A stretch of 64,000 nt of DNA from the human T2T-CHM13v2.0 reference genome, Homo sapiens, in assembly GCF_009914755.1 (NCBI RefSeq), contig NC_060930.1. One strand, written 5' to 3'. The translations under genes were made by a program, and so were the position numbers. A model generated the notes under the pieces. It searched no databases. It had not been told where the DNA came from and worked only from the letters and a program-made list of their open reading frames with translations. The first letter of the stretch is position 1, and each line of letters opens with the position of its first letter. Below, one piece after another: positions 55,554 through 64,000 of this stretch.

Positions 55554-58500
55554 TCATGTAACTCTAGATTGAAGAATTCTCAGAAACTCCTTTGTGATGT
55601 GTGCATTCAATTCAAAGAGTGAAACCTCCCTTTTCACAGAGCAGTTTTGAAACACTGTTTTTGTAGGATTTCCAAGGGGATATTTATAGCGCATTGAGCC
55701 TACGGCGGAAAAAGAAACATCTTCCTATAAAAACTAGACAGAATACTTCTCAGAATCTGCTTTGCGATGTGTGCGTTCAACTCACAGAGTAAAACTTTTC
55801 TTTTGATAGAGCAGTTTTGAAACACTCTTTTTGTAGTATTTGCATGTGTATATTTAGAGCGCATTGAAGCCCACAGTAGAAAAGGAAATAACTTCACCTA
55901 AAACCTAGACAGAAGCAATCACAGAAACTACTTTGTGATGTGTACATTCAACTCACAGAGTGGAACTTTCCTCTTTATAGAGCAGTGTTGAAACACTCTT
56001 TTTGTAGAAACTGCAAGTGGATATTTGGACCTCTTTGAGGCCTTCGTTGGAAACGGGATTTCTTCCTATAACCCTAGACAGAAGAATTTTCAGAAACCTC
56101 ATTGTGATGTGTGCGTTCATCTCACAGAGTGGAGTCTTCCGTTTGATAGAGAAGTTTTGAAACCCTGTTCTTGTAGGATTTCCAAGTGGATATTTAGACC
56201 ACTTTGAAGCCTATGATAGAAAAGGAAACATCTTCATGGAAAACATAGATAGAATCATCCTCAGAAACAACTTTGTGATGTGTGCGTTGAACTCACCGTC
56301 TTTAACCTTTCTTTTGGTAGAGAAGTTTTGAAACACTCTCTTTGTAAAGTCTACAAGTGGATATTTTGAGCCCTTGGAGGCATTCTTTGGAAAAGGGAAT
56401 GTCTTCACATAAAAGGCAGACGGAAGTGTTCTCAGAAACTGCTTTGTGATGTCTGTGTTCAACTCACAGAGTTTAACATTTCCTTTGATAGAGCGGTTTA
56501 GTAACCCTCTCTTTGTAGAATTTGGAAGTGTATACTAAGAGCGCTTTGAGGCCTATGGTAGAAAAGGAAATATCTTTCCATAAAAGCTAGACAGAAGCAA
56601 TCTCAGAAACTCCTCTGTGATGTCTGCATTCAACTCACCGAGTGGAACATTCCTCTTGATAGAGCAGTTTGGAAACACTCTTTCTGTAGAATCAGCTTGT
56701 TTGTATTTGGACCTCCTTGAGGCCTTCGTTGGAAACGGGTTTTCATCTTATAAACCCAGACAGAAGAATTCTCAGAGTCTTCTTTGTGATGTGTGCTTTC
56801 AACTCACCGAGATAAAGATTTCTCTTGATAGAGCAATTTGGAAACACTCTTTTTGTAGAATTTGCAAGGGTACATTGAGAGCGCTTTCAGGCCTATGGTA
56901 GAAAAGGGAATATCTTTCCATAAAAGGTAGACAGAAGCAATCTCAGAAACTACTTTGTGATGTGTGCATTCAACTCACCGAGTGCAACGTTCCTCTTGAC
57001 CGAGCAGTTTGGAAACATTGTTTCTGTAGAATCTGCAAGTGGATATTTGGACCTCTTTGAGGCCTTCGTTGGAAACGGGATTTCTTCCTATAAACCCAGA
57101 CAGAAGAATTCTCAGAGACTTCTTTGTGATGTGTGAATTCAACTCACAGTGTGGATCCTTCCTTTTGATAGAGCAGTTTTGAAACCCTGTTTTTGTAGTA
57201 TTTCCAAGCGGATATTTGGAACGCCTTGAAGCGTATGGTAGAAAAGGAAATATCTTCCCATAAAACCTAGACAGAACCAATCTCAGAAACGACTTTGTGA
57301 TGTCTGCATTCAAGTCACAGAGTTGAACATTTCTCTTGATAGAGCAGTTTTGAAACCCTCTTTCTGAAGGATCTGCAAGTGGATATTTGGAACTCCTTTG
57401 GGTCTTCGTTGGAAACGGGATTTCTTCGTATAAATCTAGACAGAAGAATTCTCCGAAACTTCTTTGGTTGTGTGCATTCAAGTCACAGAGTGGAACCTTC
57501 CTTTGGATAGAGCAGTTTGAAACGCCGTGGTTGTAGTATTTCCAAGCGGATATTAGAGCGCCTTGAGGCCTATGGTAGAAAAGGAAATATCTTCCCATAA
57601 AACCTAGACGGAAGCAATCTCAGAAACTACTGTGTGATGGCTGCATTCCACACACACGGTGGAACATTTCTCTTGATAGAGCAGTTTTGAAACACTCTTT
57701 CTGTAGAATCTGCAAGTGGATAATTGGACCGCCTTGAGGCCTTCGTTGGAAACGGGATTTCTTCATGTTACTCTAGATAGAAGAATTCTCAAACACTGCT
57801 ATGTGATGTTTGCATTCAAGTCACAGAGTGCAACATTCCTCTTGGTAGAGCAGTTGGGAAACACTCCTTTTGTAGAATCTGCAATGGGATATTTGGACTT
57901 CTTTGAGGCCTTCGTTGGAAACGGGATTTCTTCGTATGAATCTAGACAGAAGAATTCTCAGAAACTTCCTTGTGATGTGTGCATTCAACTCAGCGAGTGG
58001 CACCTTCCTTTGGATACAGCAGTTTTGAAACACTGTTTTTGTAGTATTTCCAAGCGGATATTTAGAGCGCCTTGAAGCCTATGCTAGAAATGGAAATATC
58101 TCCCCATAAAACCAAGACGGAAGCAATCTCAGAAACTAATGTGTGATGGCTGCATTCCACACACACGGTGGACCATTTCTCTTGATAGAGCAGTTTTGAA
58201 ACACTCTTTCTGTAGAATCTGCAAGTGGATAATTGGACCTCCTAGAGGCCTTCGTTGGAAACGGGATTTCTTCATCTAAACCTACAGAGAAGAATTCTCA
58301 GTAACTTCTTCGGATGTGTGCATTCGACGCACAGAATGGAACATTCCCTTTGATAGAGCAGTTTTGAGACACCGTTTTTGTAGAATTCCCAAGTGGATAT
58401 TTAGAGCACTTTGAAGTCTCTGCTAGAAAAGGAAACATCTTCATGTAAAAAGTAGATAGAATCGTTCTCAGAAAGTGCTTAGTGACGTGTGCGTTCAACT

Positions 58501-61500
58501 CACAGAGTTTAACGTTTCTTTTGATAGAGCGTTTCTGAAACACCCTTCTTGTAGTAGCTGCAAGTGGATATTTGGACCTATTGGAGGCCTTCTTTGGAAA
58601 TGGGATTTCTTCATGTAACTCTAGATTGAAGAGTTCTCAGAAACTCCTTTGTGATGTGTGCATTCAATTCAAAGAGTGAAACCTCCCTTTTCACAGAGCA
58701 GTTTTGAAACACTGTTTTTGTAGGATTTCCAAGGGGATATTTATAGCGCATTGAGCCTACGGCGGAAAAAGAAACATCTTCCTATAAAAACTAGACAGAA
58801 TACTTCTCAGAATCTGCTTTGCGATGTGTGCGTTCAACTCACAGAGTAAAACTTTTCTTTTGATAGAGCAGTTTTGAAACACTCTTTTTGTAGTATTTGC
58901 ATGTGTATATTTAGAGCGCATTGAAGCCCACAGTAGAAAAGGAAATAACTTCACCTAAAACCTAGACAGAAGCAATCTCAGAAACTACTTTGTGATGTGT
59001 ACATTCAACTCACAGAGTGGAACTTTCCTCTTTATAGAGCAGTGTTGAAACACTCTTTTTGTAGAAACTGCAAGTGGATATTTGGACCTCTTTGAGGCCT
59101 TCGTTGGAAACGGGATTTCTTCCTATAACCCTAGACAGAAGAATTTTCAGAAACCTCATTGTGATGTGTGCGTTCATCTCACAGAGTGGAGTCTTCCGTT
59201 TGATAGAGAAGTTTTGAAACCCTGTTCTTGTAGGATTTCCAAGTGGATATTTAGACCACTTTGAAGCCTATGATAGAAAAGGAAACATCTTCATGGAAAA
59301 CATAGATAGAATCATCCTCAGAAACAACTTTGTGATGTGTGCGTTGAACTCACCGTCTTTAACCTTTCTTTTGGTAGAGAAGTTTTGAAACACTCTCTTT
59401 GTAAAGTCTACAAGTGGATATTTTGAGCCCTTGGAGGCATTCTTTGGAAAAGGGAATGTCTTCACATAAAAGGCAGACGGAAGTGTTCTCAGAAACTGCT
59501 TTGTGATGTCTGTGTTCAACTCACAGAGTTTAACATTTCCTTTGATAGAGCGGTTTAGTAACCCTCTCTTTGTAGAATTTGGAAGTGTATACTAAGAGCG
59601 CTTTGAGGCCTATGGTAGAAAAGGAAATATCTTTCCATAAAAGCTAGACAGAAGCAATCTCAGAAACTCCTTTGCGATGTCTGCATTCAACTCACCGAGT
59701 GGAACATTCCTCTTGAGAGAGCAGTTTGGAAACACTCTTTCTGTAGAATCAGCTTGTTTGTATTTGGACCTCCTTGAGGCCTTCGTTGGAAACGGGTTTT
59801 CATCTTATAAACCCAGACAGAAGAATTCTCAGAGTCTTCTTTGTGATGTGTGCTTTCAACTCACCGAGATAAAGATTTCTCTTGATAGAGCAATTTGGAA
59901 ACACTCTTTTTGTAGAATTTGCAAGGGTACATTGAGAGCGCTTTCAGGCCTATGGTAGAAAAGGGAATATCTTTCCATAAAAGGTAGACAGAAGCAATCT
60001 CAGAAACTACTTTGTGATGTGTGCATTCAACTCACCGAGTGCAACGTTCCTCTTGACCGAGCAGTTTGGAAACATTGTTTCTGTAGAATCTGCAAGTGGA
60101 TATTTGGACCTCTTTGAGGCCTTCGTTGGAAACGGGATTTCTTCCTATAAACCCAGACAGAAGAATTCTCAGAGACTTCTTTGTGATGTGTGAATTCAAC
60201 TCACAGTGTGGATCCTTCCTTTTGATAGAGCAGTTTTGAAACCCTGTTTTTGTAGTATTTCCAAGCGGATATTTGGAACGCCTTGAAGCGTATGGTAGAA
60301 AAGGAAATATCTTCCCATAAAACCTAGACAGAACCAATCTCAGAAACGACTTTGTGATGTCTGCATTCAACTCACAGAGTTGAACATTTCTCTTGATAGA
60401 GCAGTTTTGAAACCCTCTTTCTGAAGGATCTGCAAGTGGATATTTGGAACTCCTTTGGGTCTTCGTTGGAAACGGGATTTCTTCGTATAAATCTAGACAG
60501 AAGAATTCTCCGAAACTTCTTTGGTTGTGTGCATTCAAGTCACAGAGTGGAACCTTCCTTTGGATAGAGCAGTTTGAAACGCCGTGGTTGTAGTATTTCC
60601 AAGCGGATATTAGAGCGCCTTGAGGCCTATGGTAGAAAAGGAAATATCTTCCCATAAAACCTAGACGGAAGCAATCTCAGAAACTACTGTGTGATGGCTG
60701 CATTCCACACACACGGTGGAACATTTCTCTTGATAGAGCAGTTTTGAAACACTCTTTCTGTAGAATCTGCAAGTGGATAATTGGACCGCCTTGAGGCCTT
60801 CGTTGGAAACGGGATTTCTTCATGTTACTCTAGATAGAAGAATTCTCAAACACTGCTATGTGATGTTTGCATTCAAGTCACAGAGTGCAACATTCCTCTT
60901 GGTAGAGCAGTTGGGAAACACTCCTTTTGTAGAATCTGCAATGGGATATTTGGACTTCTTTGAGGCCTTCGTTGGAAACGGGATTTCTTCGTATGAATCT
61001 AGACAGAAGAATTCTCAGAAACTTCCTTGTGATGTGTGCATTCAACTCAGCGAGTGGCACCTTCCTTTGGATACAGCAGTTTTGAAACACTGTTTTTGTA
61101 GTATTTCCAAGCGGATATTTAGAGCGCCTTGAAGCCTATGCTAGAAATGGAAATATCTCCCCATAAAACCAAGACAGAAGCAATCTCAGAAACTAATGTG
61201 TGATGGCTGCATTCCACACACACGGTGGACCATTTCTCTTGATAGAGCAGTTTTGAAACACTCTTTCTGTAGAATCTGCAAGTGGATAATTGGACCTCCT
61301 AGAGGCCTTCGTTGGAAACGGGATTTCTTCATCTAAACCTACAGAGAAGAATTCTCAGTAACTTCTTCGGATGTGTGCATTCGACGCACAGAATGGAACA
61401 TTCCCTTTGATAGAGCAGTTTTGAGACACCGTTTTTGTAGAATTCCCAAGTGGATATTTAGAGCACTTTGAAGTCTCTGCTAGAAAAGGAAACATCTTCA

Positions 61501-61667
61501 TGTAAAAAGTAGATAGAATCGTTCTCAGAAAGTGCTTAGTGACGTGTGCGTTCAACTCACAGAGTTTAACGTTTCTTTTGATAGAGCGTTTCTGAAACAC
61601 CCTTCTTGTAGTAGCTGCAAGTGGATATTTGGACCTATTGGAGGCCTTCTTTGGAAATGGGATTTCT
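55554..61667. repeat. HOR units U20-U21, two 18-mers
   Basis: Unit starts at 55554 and 58611. Confidence 0.95.
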
Positions 61668-64000
61668 TCATGTAACTCTAGATTGAAGAGTTCTCAGAAA
61701 CTCCTTTGTGATGTGTGCATTCAATTCAAAGAGTGAAACCTCCCTTTTCACAGAGCAGTTTTGAAACACTGTTTTTGTAGGATTTCCAAGGGGATATTTA
61801 TAGCGCATTGAGCCTACGGCGGAAAAAGAAACATCTTCCTATAAAAACTAGACAGAATACTTCTCAGAATCTGCTTTGCGATGTGTGCGTTCAACTCACA
61901 GAGTAAAACTTTTCTTTTGATAGAGCAGTTTTGAAACACTCTTTTTGTAGTATTTGCATGTGTATATTTAGAGCGCATTGAAGCCCACAGTAGAAAAGGA
62001 AATAACTTCACCTAAAACCTAGACAGAAGCAATCTCAGAAACTACTTTGTGATGTGTACATTCAACTCACAGAGTGGAACTTTCCTCTTTATAGAGCAGT
62101 GTTGAAACACTCTTTTTGTAGAAACTGCAAGTGGATATTTGGACCTCTTTGAGGCCTTCGTTGGAAACGGGATTTCTTCCTATAACCCTAGACAGAAGAA
62201 TTTTCAGAAACCTCATTGTGATGTGTCCGTTCATCTCACAGAGTGGAGTCTTCCGTTTGATAGAGAAGTTTTGAAACCCTGTTCTTGTAGGATTTCCAAG
62301 TGGATATTTAGACCACTTTGAAGCCTATGATAGAAAAGGAAACATCTTCATGGAAAACATAGATAGAATCATCCTCAGAAACAACTTTGTGATGTGTGCG
62401 TTGAACTCACCGTCTTTAACCTTTCTTTTGGTAGAGAAGTTTTGAAACACTCTCTTTGTAAAGTCTACAAGTGGATATTTTGAGCCCTTGGAGGCATTCT
62501 TTGGAAAAGGGAATGTCTTCACATAAAAGGCAGACGGAAGTGTTCTCAGAAACTGCTTTGTGATGTCTGTGTTCAACTCACAGAGTTTAACATTTCCTTT
62601 GATAGAGCGGTTTAGTAACCCTCTCTTTGTAGAATTTGGAAGTGTATACTAAGAGCGCTTTGAGGCCTATGGTAGAAAAGGAAATATCTTTCCATAAAAG
62701 CTAGACAGAAGCAATCTCAGAAACTCCTCTGTGATGTCTGCATTCAACTCACCGAGTGGAACATTCCTCTTGATAGAGCAGTTTGGAAACACTCTTTCTG
62801 TAGAATCAGCTTGTTTGTATTTGGACCTCCTTGAGGCCTTCGTTGGAAACGGGTTTTCATCTTATAAACCCAGACAGAAGAATTCTCAGAGTCTTCTTTG
62901 TGATGTGTGCTTTCAACTCACCGAGATAAAGATTTCTCTTGATAGAGCAATTTGGAAACACTCTTTTTGTAGAATTTGCAAGGGTACATTGAGAGCGCTT
63001 TCAGGCCTATGGTAGAAAAGGGAATATCTTTCCATAAAAGGTAGACAGAAGCAATCTCAGAAACTACTTTGTGATGTGTGCATTCAACTCACCGAGTGCA
63101 ACGTTCCTCTTGACCGAGCAGTTTGGAAACATTGTTTCTGTAGAATCTGCAAGTGGATATTTGGACCTCTTTGAGACCTTCGTTGGAAACGGGATTTCTT
63201 CCTATAAACCCAGACAGAAGAATTCTCAGAGACTTCTTTGTGATGTGTGAATTCAACTCACAGTGTGGATCCTTCCTTTTGATAGAGCAGTTTTGAAACC
63301 CTGTTTTTGTAGTATTTCCAAGCGGATATTTGGAACGCCTTGAAGCGTATGGTAGAAAAGGAAATATCTTCCCATAAAACCTAGACAGAACCAATCTCAG
63401 AAACGACTTTGTGATGTCTGCATTCAAGTCACAGAGTTGAACATTTCTCTTGATAGAGCAGTTTTGAAACCCTCTTTCTGAAGGATCTGCAAGTGGATAT
63501 TTGGAACTCCTTTGGGTCTTCGTTGGAAACGGGATTTCTTCGTATAAATCTAGACAGAAGAATTCTCCAAAACTTCTTTGGTTGTGTGCATTCAAGTCAC
63601 AGAGTGGAACCTTCCTTTGGATAGAGCAGTTTGAAACGCCGTGGTTGTAGTATTTCCAAGCGGATATTAGAGCGCCTTGAGGCCTATGGTAGAAAAGGAA
63701 ATATCTTCCCATAAAACCTAGACGGAAGCAATCTCAGAAACTACTGTGTGATGGCTGCATTCCACACACACGGTGGAACATTTCTCTTGATAGAGCAGTT
63801 TTGAAACACTCTTTCTGTAGAATCTGCAAGTGGATAATTGGACCGCCTTGAGGCCTTCGTTGGAAACGGGATTTCTTCATGTTACTCTAGATAGAAGAAT
63901 TCTCAAACACTGCTATGTGATGTTTGCATTCAAGTCACAGAGTGCAACATTCCTCTTGGTAGAGCAGTTGGGAAACACTCCTTTTGTAGAATCTGCAATG
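61668..64000. repeat. HOR unit U22, partial 18-mer (truncated by window end)
   Basis: Contains the 18-mer-specific trimer from 63568 onward. Confidence 0.93.

Larger units (their letters stand above)
1..64000. repeat. D6Z1: Centromeric alpha-satellite HOR array, most likely human chr6 D6Z1 (S1C6H1L, suprachromosomal family 1)
   Basis: Tandem ~170 bp monomers carry alphoid hallmarks (ctcagaaact..tgtgatgtgtgcattcaactcacagag..gatagagcagttttgaaacac) and the CENP-B box CTTCGTTGGAAACGGGA. The exact 3057 bp period (ORF track repeats at 2698, 5755, 8812...) equals 18 monomers, with one GGATCC per unit. D6Z1 is known as a ~3 kb BamHI 18-mer. Alpha satellite is certain; the chromosome is assigned by recognition. 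Confidence 0.93.

Noticed and set aside
147-63712. Recurrent ORFs of 60-207 aa on both strands (e.g. 3973-4596 minus, 207 aa)
   Set aside because: They are translations of alpha-satellite monomers (internal repeats such as FQNCSIKR), recur with the HOR period, and show no recognisable domain or gene structure. Similar 'hypothetical proteins' in databases typically derive from alphoid contamination.
489-63871. CRISPR-like appearance of the repeated CTTCGTTGGAAACGGGA motif
   Set aside because: The intervening sequences are 150-830 bp homologous satellite monomers, not unique 30-40 bp spacers, and there are no cas genes. The motif is the CENP-B box.
1-64000. Transposon insertion, inversion or non-satellite island
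   Set aside because: All unit lengths are exactly 3057 or 2551 bp with constant orientation, leaving no room for an insertion. No poly-A, Alu or L1 sequence was seen.
1-64000. A previously undescribed biological system
   Set aside because: Everything visible is explained by a known class of centromeric HOR array and its turnover. Whether this segment hosts the kinetochore or is transcribed cannot be determined from sequence alone.

Overview
The whole 64 kb is one uninterrupted, single-orientation array of primate centromeric alpha satellite (~170 bp monomers) organised as a highly homogeneous higher-order repeat (HOR). The dominant unit is a 3057 bp 18-mer with one BamHI site, alternating A-box/CENP-B-box monomers and 7 intact CENP-B boxes. 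This matches the human chromosome 6 active array D6Z1 (SF1; S1C6H1L), an assignment from recognition and not from a database search. Phased on position 1, the window holds 21 complete HORs and one partial, in the order S L L L L S L S L L L L L L S L L L S L L (L). L is the 18-mer and S is a 2551 bp 15-mer lacking one 506 bp monomer trimer. I see no genes, RNA genes, transposons, CRISPR arrays or inversions, and the listed ORFs are by-products of the satellite. I found no new gene-based biological system. The noteworthy signals are evolutionary: a single-origin 15-mer made by crossover in a 21 bp identity tract next to a CENP-B box, a ~20.4 kb 7-HOR super-repeat revealed by SNV haplotypes, a probable 15-mer-to-18-mer conversion event, knocked-out CENP-B boxes and CpG-centred variation. 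All variants were read by eye, so some may have been missed.
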